NCBI GenBank assembly: GCA_965218585.1
Contig: CBDCLE010000017.1
Coordinates: forward strand, 1-64,000
DNA from: Terriglobia bacterium
Lineage (GTDB): Bacteria; Acidobacteriota; Terriglobia; 20CM-2-55-15
Length of the DNA stretch: 64,000 nt
Reading direction: 5' to 3'
Position 1 is the first letter of the stretch. Every line of letters starts with the position of its first letter. Shown in pieces: positions 1 through 7,794 of the stretch. The notes beneath the pieces are model-generated. The model was not told the DNA's origin and did not search any database. It saw only the letters and a program-made list of their open reading frames with translations. The position numbers and the translations under genes are program-made.

Positions 1-2
1 CC

Positions 3-895
3 CGCTTCCGCGTCAACATCTTCACCCAACGCGGCCACTACACGATCATCCTCAGGAGATTGTCGACCGAAATACCGTCGCTGTCGCAGTTGAACCTTCC
101 TCCGGTGTTTGGAGAGATGGCAAGAGAAAAGACGGGGCTCGTTCTGGTTACCGGCGCCACCGGCAGTGGTAAATCGACGACGCTGGCGGCATTGTTGAAC
201 GAATTCAACGAGACCAAGTCGATTCATATTGTGACGCTCGAAGACCCTGTCGAGTTCGTCCACCCTCAGAAGACAGCGACCTTCAACCAACGTGAAATGG
301 GAGGCGACTACGACACCTTCGCCTCTGGACTCCGTGCGGCCCTCCGCCAGGCCCCTAAAGTGATTCTCGTTGGTGAAATGCGCGACCGGGAAACAGTCGA
401 GATCGGCCTTTCGGCCGCAGAAACGGGCCACCTTGTTTTGAGTACCCTGCACACCATCAACGCCGGACAGACGATCAACCGTATCGTGGGTATGTTCGAA
501 CAGGAGGAGGAAAAACAGATCCGCATCCGGCTCGCTGAAACGCTCCGGTGGATCGTCGCTCAGAGACTTCTGCCCAGAGTTGGCGGAGGGCGTGTGGCCG
601 CTCTGGAGGTCATGGGCAGCAACCTGCGTACGCGGGACTCGATTGAGAACGGAGAGTCGGAAGGCAAAACGTTCTACGAGATCCTCGAGGCTTCCGCCTC
701 CTTTGGCTGGAAAAACTTCGATATGACAATGATCGAGTTATTCACGGAAGGCCTCATTACCGAAGAGAGTGCCATGCTCTACTGTACGAGCAAGGGCGTC
801 ACCTCCGCGGCATCGACAGAATCAAGAAGGAACGGGGCGAGAGTACAAGCGATCTCAGTGGCCTGTCTTTGGACGCAGAATACGGAAAGAAATGA
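3..895 (+). CDS. pilT: PilT/PilU-family type IV pilus retraction ATPase, 5'-truncated by window edge, with apparent 1-nt frameshift near 805
   Basis: RFRVNIF, Walker A GATGSGKST, TLEDPVE, LRAALRQAPKVILVGEMRD and STLHT motifs. A plausible C-terminus (RGIDRIKKERGE...YGKK*) lies in another frame after ~805 and ends at TGA 893-895. Confidence 0.85.
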
Positions 896-896
896 A

Positions 897-1361
897 ATGA
901 GTACTGAACAAAACGAAATATTAGAGGTTGGAGATAAAGCCGGACTCATTTGCGATGATGGGCCTTCCGCCGAGCAACTGACGAGCACACTGCGGGAACT
1001 GGGTTTCAAATGTCACACTGCGGAGACCTCGGACCGGGCGATCGAACGCATGAAGTACACGCCCTACGATGTCATCATCATTGCGGAAACATTCACGGGA
1101 TCGAATCTGGAAACGAACGGTGTTCTCAATTATCTCTCACCCCTGCCGATGGCTCAACGTCGGAACTCCTATGTCGTCGTCGTGGGGGATTCATTCAGAA
1201 CTCTAGACGCCATGCAGGCGTACGCACAAAGCGTCCACCTCGTCGTCAACCCGACAGACATTTCCAACCTCGGAGCTATCCTCAAGAAGGGTCTCGCCGA
1301 CTTCGAACTCTTCTATAGGGTCTACAGGGATGTTCTGGCGGAGACAGGAGAGATTGCCTGA
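897..1361 (+). CDS. Receiver-like (CheY-fold-like) hypothetical protein downstream of pilT
   Basis: Own ATG at 897, just after the restored pilT stop; alternating beta/alpha pattern (GLICDD...YDVIIIAE...YVVVVGD). Confidence 0.65.
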   Translation: MSTEQNEILEVGDKAGLICDDGPSAEQLTSTLRELGFKCHTAETSDRAIERMKYTPYDVIIIAETFTGSNLETNGVLNYLSPLPMAQRRNSYVVVVGDSFRTLDAMQAYAQSVHLVVNPTDISNLGAILKKGLADFELFYRVYRDVLAETGEIA

Positions 1362-1386
1362 AAAAGTGGGGACAGGTCACTCTTTT

Positions 1387-1758
1387 TCAGCGATTCTCAA
1401 AAGCGGCGGCGTGCTGGAATTCTTTTCGATACGCTATGTCGGTAAGTAGCGGGATGTCGATCTCAACCGCGTAAGCCACCGTCAGCCCGAGCGTGTCGAC
1501 TTCGTCCTGAAGGTCAAAGCTGATCGTCTCTGTCGGTATCTCAAGCTCACGCGCCTTCGCACTGACCAGCTGCACCAATTCGTCCCCGCTACGGCCCTGC
1601 GAGCCCGCCAACTGCACCGCAAACTCGATGTAGTCGCCGAATTCGTTGTCTCGCATGACTGCACTGATGTAACCCGAGGCCAGGTAGGTGTAGAGAATCG
1701 CAACGAACAGCCAGAGCAAGAGAACGATTCGCCCACGGCCCGACTTCTCTCTTTCCAC
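1387..1758 (-). CDS. Hypothetical protein with a single N-terminal TM segment (pilus-associated-like)
   Basis: Basic N-terminus followed by hydrophobic IVLLLWLFVAILY; 123 aa. Confidence 0.6.
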   Translation of the reverse strand: MEREKSGRGRIVLLLWLFVAILYTYLASGYISAVMRDNEFGDYIEFAVQLAGSQGRSGDELVQLVSAKARELEIPTETISFDLQDEVDTLGLTVAYAVEIDIPLLTDIAYRKEFQHAAAFENR

Positions 1759-1789
1759 TGGTTGCGTTCCCCGAAAAGCTTGCCCAGAG

Positions 1790-2056
1790 TTATTCGTCGG
1801 TATCGGATTCCAAGGACTGGCTGAAATCGAGTTGGTCGGAATTCTTACTCAAATGTCGAACATAATCGAGCACTTCCTCTTTCTGCATGCTCGAAAGCTC
1901 CCCCAGCCGGTCCAGGATCTCGAGAACGGTCCGGTCTCTGGATGCACCATTGCGGGAACGTCCGTTTCGACGGCCGTTTCCATTCAGCTTCGTCAGCCGT
2001 TCGAAATGCTCGTCGATCCCGTCTAAGAAGTCATTGTCCATTTCGCGGTGCTCCAC
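1790..2056 (-). CDS. Small hypothetical protein
   Basis: 88-aa ORF co-oriented with neighbours; charged, helical-looking composition. Confidence 0.5.
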   Translation of the reverse strand: MEHREMDNDFLDGIDEHFERLTKLNGNGRRNGRSRNGASRDRTVLEILDRLGELSSMQKEEVLDYVRHLSKNSDQLDFSQSLESDTDE

Positions 2057-2121
2057 TACACATTATCGAACGGGGACTTCGGACCTTTCAAGAACTGAGC
2101 AAACGATCAGAACGCATCACC

Positions 2122-2306
2122 CTAGGTCTTTACGTAAAAATCGTCCTTCGGACAGACCCAGTACATTCCACCCGGCATACGTGCCGACTTGATCACCTTG
2201 GTGGCAACCATGGGAGTTTCACACTGGGGACAAGGCTTTGCAAATGCGCCTCCCTGTCCTTTCCCAAGCTGGCACGCGCCGTCTTGCTGAGCTTTCCACC
2301 TGCCAT
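2122..2306 (-). CDS. Small Zn-ribbon-like protein (61 aa if one A is restored at ~2238); frameshifted in this sequence
   Basis: GGAGGAG RBS then ATG at 2306. Restored reading: MAGGKLSKTARASLGKDREAHLQ/KPCPQCETPMVATKVIKSARMPGGMYWVCPKDDFYVKT*. Confidence 0.6.
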
Positions 2307-2401
2307 ATCGCTTCGAACTCCTCCGATTCTCTAGAAGTCGCTAACTGGTAATGATAACTGAACTTCCAGTATCCACCAACATTAGCGAGGGCCGAACTCA
2401 T

Positions 2402-2977
2402 TCAGCGTTCCCGAATTAACCTCCGGTAATCCTCCGGAGTGTCCACATCGACCAGAACCCCTGGGTCATCGACCCTCACCTCGACGATTCGCTCGGGATG
2501 AGCCCGCACAACAAGATTGGCCCCGGCCCCGTGTGGGAGACGGAGAACCTCGTCAAGTGCAGCCCTCCCGAAAAGAACGGGGTGCCCGCGACGCCCATTG
2601 CAGACAGGGAGGACAATGGACCGGGCGGAGGCTCGTGCAACTAGTTTCTCAATCGTATCCAGAGTGAAGATCGGGTGGTCGACCAGAAGAAGCATCGCCG
2701 CTATGACGTCATCGGACAGCTCTCGGATACCCGCCTGAAACGACGTGGCCATTCCCTCTTCGTAGTTGGGATTGTAAACCCATGCGGAAATATCGACTCT
2801 CCTTAGGATCTCCTCCTGATCGCGGCCCAGGACAACGACGGTCTCTCTTCTAATCGACGATTCAGCAATGGTGGCAAGGATACGCTCGAGAAAAGTCTGT
2901 CCCTCGTACTCCAGAAGAGCCTTGGGTCGGCCCATCCTTTCGGACTTTCCTGCAGCAAGAACGATAGATGCGATCAA
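2402..2977 (-). CDS. MocA/MobA-like nucleotidyltransferase (molybdenum cofactor cytidylyltransferase-like)
   Basis: IVLAAGKSERMGRPKALL, LVDHP, GRRGHPVLF and DVDTPEDY motifs. Confidence 0.85.
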   Translation of the reverse strand: MIASIVLAAGKSERMGRPKALLEYEGQTFLERILATIAESSIRRETVVVLGRDQEEILRRVDISAWVYNPNYEEGMATSFQAGIRELSDDVIAAMLLLVDHPIFTLDTIEKLVARASARSIVLPVCNGRRGHPVLFGRAALDEVLRLPHGAGANLVVRAHPERIVEVRVDDPGVLVDVDTPEDYRRLIRER

Positions 2978-3780
2978 TGCGTAAGCGCGTAAACGACGAA
3001 GTTAATCGCCAGCCGGTAGGCGAACCCTGAAAAGTAGTGTGGGTACAGGGGGTGGTCCGCGTGCTCGTAGGCGTCACCCAAATCCGTATTGTGGTTGATA
3101 ACGACCATGAGTCGCCCGTTCTCGTCCCAGATCCCCTTGCAGTAAGCTTCGAACCCGTCCTGTTCGATGACCACGCCCCCGAAGATGTAGTTCAGGCTGG
3201 GGACCTGGATGAGTTCGTCGATATCGTAAACGGTGTGGAAGATGGGGTGATCTCTCGGGATATCCCTGATCTCTGATCCGGGAAGAATCTTCTCCATCTG
3301 GGACTGGAAATTTCCCCACTCGAAACTTCCCCAGAAGTCATCCAGAACCCAAAATCCTCCACGATTCAAATACTCACGCATGATCAGGGCGTCGGAATCG
3401 CTCAGCACCATCTGGCCCGGTTCGCTCGTGTAGAGGAAGGGATACTGGAACAGATTCGGATCGTTCAACGGAACCACACGTTCGTTGTCGGCTATGTTGA
3501 CGTTAGACAGTCTCTGGAGACCCATGATCAGCTGCCGGTCTGACTTCGGCCAGTCCGTGTACCAGTTCTTGATGTGGTGGGGGATCAGGCCGTTGTAGAC
3601 CAGCCGGGTAAAAACGAACTGGTTCGTCGGCCCCGAATCCTGGACGATGCGCTTGATGTCTTTGTAGTTGCCTTCGTAGAACAACTGGGGCTGGTCGGGG
3701 TTGAAGCTATATTGACCGAGCAGGGCAGCCGCAAAAATCAGGCAACCGACGAAGGCTATCCCCACGCGTGGGCGAATCAC
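2974..3780 (-). CDS. DUF4159-like secreted protein
   Basis: Signal peptide; WYTDWPKSD, YPFLY, EYLNRGGF, DHPIFH and NTDLGDAYE motifs. Confidence 0.75.
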   Translation of the reverse strand: MIRPRVGIAFVGCLIFAAALLGQYSFNPDQPQLFYEGNYKDIKRIVQDSGPTNQFVFTRLVYNGLIPHHIKNWYTDWPKSDRQLIMGLQRLSNVNIADNERVVPLNDPNLFQYPFLYTSEPGQMVLSDSDALIMREYLNRGGFWVLDDFWGSFEWGNFQSQMEKILPGSEIRDIPRDHPIFHTVYDIDELIQVPSLNYIFGGVVIEQDGFEAYCKGIWDENGRLMVVINHNTDLGDAYEHADHPLYPHYFSGFAYRLAINFVVYALTH

Positions 3781-4058
3781 CCGCCCTCCTGCAATTCGGC
3801 CTGGTATGCCAGATAGAGCGTCTTCGCCGTGTAATAGACAGGGATCAGGAACATCAACAGCAGTGCAAGAGCGACGGCACGCATGATCAGTTTCTTGAAC
3901 GGATGTTCCTCAACTACAAGCTCATCGTCCACAACATGCATGTCGGCATGGTCTTCACAGAAATCGTCCCCAGGGAACGCTTCCCTTTCGCACTGCTGGC
4001 CGGAAAGATAAAGATGGATGCAACGCTTCATTTTTTCAGACACGCTTAGGGCTATCAT
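3777..4058 (-). CDS. Small membrane protein with Cys/His-rich N-terminus
   Basis: C-x9-C-x10-C-x2-H pattern followed by a TM helix; stop overlaps the next start. Confidence 0.55.
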   Translation of the reverse strand: MIALSVSEKMKRCIHLYLSGQQCEREAFPGDDFCEDHADMHVVDDELVVEEHPFKKLIMRAVALALLLMFLIPVYYTAKTLYLAYQAELQEGG

Positions 4059-4085
4059 AAATAGAACCGACTGCCATCTTCAACG

Positions 4086-4538
4086 ATGAAACCACTTATC
4101 CGTACAGCCACACCAGATGATTTCCCGACGCTTGTCGCAATCGACCAGAGCTGTTTCGAAGAAAACATTGCCTATGACGCTTACGAGCTGAGGTACTTCA
4201 TGTCCGGTCGCGGTGCGACGACACTCATCGCCCAAGTCGATGGGGATATCGCCGGATTTCTCTTAATGGACGTTAAACCCAGGCGCAGCCGGGCCGTCCT
4301 GGTGACCCTCGACATTCTCGAAATCTATCGCAGGCAAGGAACCGGATCGGAACTCCTCCGACGTTCGGAACAGATGCTGGCCGCCTCCGATATTGCGACC
4401 TACCAGCTACAGGTAGACGTATCTAACAGCGTCGCTATCAGGTTCTACGGGGCACACGGATTCCTCACGATCCGGACCCTCCGGCACTACTACGCCAATG
4501 GTGCGGATGCATACCTAATGGAAAAAGGCCTTCTGTAG
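4086..4538 (+). CDS. GNAT N-acetyltransferase (RimI-like)
   Basis: YRRQGTGS acetyl-CoA motif, N..AIRFY..GF, HYYANGADAYLM. Confidence 0.85.
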   Translation: MKPLIRTATPDDFPTLVAIDQSCFEENIAYDAYELRYFMSGRGATTLIAQVDGDIAGFLLMDVKPRRSRAVLVTLDILEIYRRQGTGSELLRRSEQMLAASDIATYQLQVDVSNSVAIRFYGAHGFLTIRTLRHYYANGADAYLMEKGLL

Positions 4539-4591
4539 GTCCGGTCTATGAGGGCACGTTCGATTATTGTGCCGAGAGACCGTACCTATAG
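4533..4591. repeat. Degenerate inverted pair of GTAG-type REP units
   Basis: ctGTAGgtccggtctatga...gaccgtacCTATag aligns with the 28899-28953 copy. Confidence 0.5.
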
Positions 4592-4627
4592 CCTGATGAG
4601 AGGTATAATCATGCCCTTGGGGGGCCC

Positions 4628-5281
4628 ATGATTCTGAGTCTGGTTCTTGTATTAGGCCTGCAAAGTCCCGTACCCGCCGAGCACGAATATTCAGACCTCC
4701 TGCAGATTCGTGCCTCAGACGTCTTTCGGGAGTACCTGGACGAAAATCCCGTAGCCGGCGAGGACGAACTCGAAGAGCTGAGGCAACTATTCAGGTTCCG
4801 GGATTTCGTCGGGACGTCTTTGGATGGAAGGACCGTCAACTTTCACCTGCCCTCTGAGCCCGACTATACGCCTGCCCGGATCCTGTTCCTGTCCTATACA
4901 GCCGAATGGTGTGAGAACTGTAATTACGAAGCGCCCTATCTGGGAGAAATCTACGACAAGTATCACTCAAGAGGTCTGGAGATCGTCACGCGGACCGAAT
5001 ACAGTGAAGTGGACAAGGTCTCCGAGTTCATTGCGCGTCATGACATGCAGTATCCCGTCATGATCGGAAGCGTCGTGGCCTACGATGACCGGGAGACGAT
5101 CCGGATGGAAACGTTCCAGTATCTGCTGCGAACCGCGCTGGCTGACGCCCGGAAGTGGGGCACGCCTTTCAACATCATCATCGTGGACGGCGACATAGAG
5201 AATCCCTACATCGTTACCGGTGAGATGAAATCGGATCAGGTCAATGACCTGATCGAACGCGCCCTTTCGCCGACTCGCTAG
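4628..5281 (+). CDS. TlpA-like thioredoxin-fold redoxin, exported
   Basis: Signal peptide; AEWCENC CxxC motif; WGTPF cis-Pro loop. Confidence 0.8.
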   Translation: MILSLVLVLGLQSPVPAEHEYSDLLQIRASDVFREYLDENPVAGEDELEELRQLFRFRDFVGTSLDGRTVNFHLPSEPDYTPARILFLSYTAEWCENCNYEAPYLGEIYDKYHSRGLEIVTRTEYSEVDKVSEFIARHDMQYPVMIGSVVAYDDRETIRMETFQYLLRTALADARKWGTPFNIIIVDGDIENPYIVTGEMKSDQVNDLIERALSPTR

Positions 5282-5307
5282 AAGAAGCCCTGGCTTTCGA
5301 TACCTTC

Positions 5308-5958
5308 TTATCCACCCAGGCTCTTGACCGCCTCCAACGTATCCAGTGGTTCGGGACGATGCGTGTAGTCGGGATCAAACTGCGCGTATCGTATCGACCC
5401 GGTGCGATCGACAATGAAACGCGCGGGCATGGGGAGCGTCCAACTGTCGTCCCCGTTGGCCTCGGCAAGGTCGATGTTGAAACCGCCATACAGCGTTTTC
5501 AGATCATCTGGAAGCGCCCACCTCAGCCCATATCCATGGGCGACTTCGTTGCCGGGATCATGCAGGATTTCGAAATCCAGATTCTTCTTCTCAATGAGAG
5601 CCCTGTTGTGCTCGGTTTTGCTCGGGGCGACGGCAACCAGCGTCGCATCCAGGCCGTTGAGGTCGTTGACGATTTCGTTCAGAGCTTCCAGCTCTGCGTT
5701 GCAGTAGGGTCACCAGTGTCCCCTGAAAAACGTCACGACGGCCGGACCCTTTTCCAAAAGCCCGCTGAGGCTGACCTGCTGGCCACGGCTGTCGGCAAGA
5801 TCGAACGACGGCGCCCTCTGCCCGATCCCCGGCACACGATCGGTAATCCCCGAATCCCGTAGATCGTCCGTGACCCGATGGATCAGGGCGACCGCTTCAG
5901 GCGGCATTCGCTTTGCAGAACCCTCCCGAATCGTCTTCAGTTTTTCTTCTAAACTCAT
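5308..5958 (-). CDS. AhpC/TSA peroxiredoxin-like protein, probable selenoprotein (216 aa; UGA at 5710-5712 read as Sec)
   Basis: FFRGHW-TGA-PYCNAEL matches the family WCPYC motif. The frame stays open for 133 codons (…WTLPMPARFIVD…DPDYTHRPEP) to TAA 5308-5310. Confidence 0.85.
5680..5696 (-). promoter_or_regulatory. Candidate bacterial SECIS element
   Basis: Perfect hairpin CAGAGCU-GGA-AGCUCUG beginning 13 nt 3' of the UGA, with a G-led apical loop. Confidence 0.7.
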
Positions 5959-5983
5959 GTCTGAATTTCCCCTCGACTCGAAT

Positions 5984-6008
5984 GTGCGCTCTTACAGCGC
6001 ACCTACAG
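5984..6008. repeat. GTAG-type REP unit overlapping the HIT stop codon
   Basis: gtgcgctcttacagcgcacctacag vs gtgcgctcatagagcgcacctacag at 28929-28953. Confidence 0.65.
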
Positions 6009-6533
6009 TTTTCCTTCGTCACTCAAATCATCGAACAGCGTACGCAGCTTCCTGTAGGAATCCTTTAAGTCCTCAGGCAGTACCCGCGTCTCTCCGGTCA
6101 CAGTCACAAAATTCGTATCTCCCGACCAACGCGGAACGATGTGGAAATGCAGGTGGTGGCGTATACCCGCGCCTGCAGCCTCCCCGATGTTCATTCCGAG
6201 GTTGAAACCATCCGGATGATACGCCTCTTCGAGAATGCGAACCGCCTCCCGGGTCAAGGCCATCATCTCATTCATCTGTTCCGAATCAGTGTTACCGATC
6301 TTACCGACGTGAGTATAGGGGGCCACCATGAGGTGCCCTGAGGCATAGGGGAGCAGGTTCATGATGACGAAATTGAGTCGAGCGCGGTGAAGCACGAGCC
6401 GATCGGCATCACCCTCCGGTGACTCACCGATGCAGAAGACGCACTGGCCCGAGTCCGGGGCGGACGACACATACGTGTACCGCCACGGACTCCAAAGAAA
6501 ATCCACGCTAGAGGGCGGGTGGGGCGGACTCAC
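6003..6533 (-). CDS. HIT-family hydrolase (Ap4A phosphorylase-like)
   Basis: LWSPWR, CVFC, GHLMVAP, GFNLGMN, AGAGI and HLHFHIVPRW motifs. Confidence 0.9.
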   Translation of the reverse strand: MSPPHPPSSVDFLWSPWRYTYVSSAPDSGQCVFCIGESPEGDADRLVLHRARLNFVIMNLLPYASGHLMVAPYTHVGKIGNTDSEQMNEMMALTREAVRILEEAYHPDGFNLGMNIGEAAGAGIRHHLHFHIVPRWSGDTNFVTVTGETRVLPEDLKDSYRKLRTLFDDLSDEGKL

Positions 6534-6831
6534 CTACAACCGGATCCGGATCGGTCTTCGGGTTGATGAGGTCCTTCAGCTCTTTGCTGGGCTTGAAATA
6601 GGGCACCCGCTTGGCCGGAACTTCGACTTTCTCTCCGGTCTTGGGGTTCCGCCCAACCCGGGCGTTTCTCTGCCGAACCCTAAAGCTTCCGAAGCCCCGG
6701 ACTTCAAGTTTATCTCCGGCTTTGAGAGCCTTTATGACGCTCTCGAAGAGGGTATCCACGATGACTTCCGAGTCCTTGCGCGTCAAGTCCGTTACCCGGG
6801 CCACCTCTTCAACCAGGTCTGCCTTGGTCAT
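6508..6831 (-). CDS. ihfB: Integration host factor beta / HU-family DNA-binding protein
   Basis: MTKADLV, RGFGSF, GRNPKTG, PYFKPSKELK; located downstream of rpsA-sppA. Confidence 0.85.
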   Translation of the reverse strand: MTKADLVEEVARVTDLTRKDSEVIVDTLFESVIKALKAGDKLEVRGFGSFRVRQRNARVGRNPKTGEKVEVPAKRVPYFKPSKELKDLINPKTDPDPVVGESAPPAL

Positions 6832-6856
6832 TAACCTTTAACTCCTTACCGTTTTT

Positions 6857-7753
6857 TCACTTCCACAAGTACTGAAATCGTATCTGCGACCCCGCAACTC
6901 CTCCACTGAAAGGAAAAATACGCGATATGTCGCCTGTGAAAAGATCCAGCAGCGTAACGCGTTCTTGTTGGAGCTCAATCAAACGTGGCTCCCCGACAAT
7001 TCCGGCAAGCCGTGCGGTCAGATCGATCGCATCTTGCAGGTTCCCAGTTTCGTCGATCATGTTCAAGTTTTTTGCCTCTCGGCCTGTAAATACTCTCCCA
7101 TCGGCAAACTGGCGAACCTCGTCCACATCCAGACCACGCCCTGAAGCTACGGCCTCAACAAATTGGACATACATGTCGTCGATCAATCCCTGGAAATACT
7201 CTTGTTCTGCGGGAGTCAAATCCCTGGTCGGTGTGCCCGTGTCTTTGAATTCTCCGGTCTTGAGGACGACACTCGAGAGGCGCGCCCACTCTAATAGCTC
7301 ACCATAGTTCAACCATTGGGCGATGACCCCGATGCTGCCGACGACTGTGCCTGGACTGGCAACAATCTGGTCCGCCCCACAGGCAATGTAGTATGCGCCC
7401 GACGCCCCGACCGAAGAGAGATAGGCGACAACGACCTTCCCCTTTTCCTCCCGAAGACGCCGAACTTCAGCATACAGTTCCTGGGAAGTGGCAACCCCGC
7501 CGCCCGGCGAATTGATGTTGAGCAGGATCGCGCGAACCGACTCCGTGTCTTCATAGCGCTTCAACTGGTCAATGAGATAACGGGAGTCCGTCAGTTCCCC
7601 GTCTATGTTCACGACCTGAATTCGATCGCCAAATGCGAACTCTCCACCACCGTCTCCCGAACCGACGGTAACGACCAGCGCGGCAGCGGTCACCAGAAAA
7701 AGCACAAAGGCTCCCCCGCCCAGGAGGAGCCAGATAAGCGTACGGTTGCGCAT
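6857..7753 (-). CDS. sppA: Signal peptide peptidase SppA (S49)
   Basis: INSPGGG, GASGAYYIA, GSIGVI and DGRVFTG motifs. Confidence 0.92.
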   Translation of the reverse strand: MRNRTLIWLLLGGGAFVLFLVTAAALVVTVGSGDGGGEFAFGDRIQVVNIDGELTDSRYLIDQLKRYEDTESVRAILLNINSPGGGVATSQELYAEVRRLREEKGKVVVAYLSSVGASGAYYIACGADQIVASPGTVVGSIGVIAQWLNYGELLEWARLSSVVLKTGEFKDTGTPTRDLTPAEQEYFQGLIDDMYVQFVEAVASGRGLDVDEVRQFADGRVFTGREAKNLNMIDETGNLQDAIDLTARLAGIVGEPRLIELQQERVTLLDLFTGDISRIFPFSGGVAGSQIRFQYLWK

Positions 7754-7794
7754 AGAAGCCTCGCCTCTATCTGCCGGTCATTCTGCTGATGTCC

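Noticed and set aside
60-1361. 433-aa PilT-receiver fusion as a novel protein
   Set aside because: Better explained by a 1-nt deletion near 805 joining two genes
5359-5862. 167-aa plus-strand ORF
   Set aside because: Antisense shadow of the Sec-containing gene; no recognisable motifs
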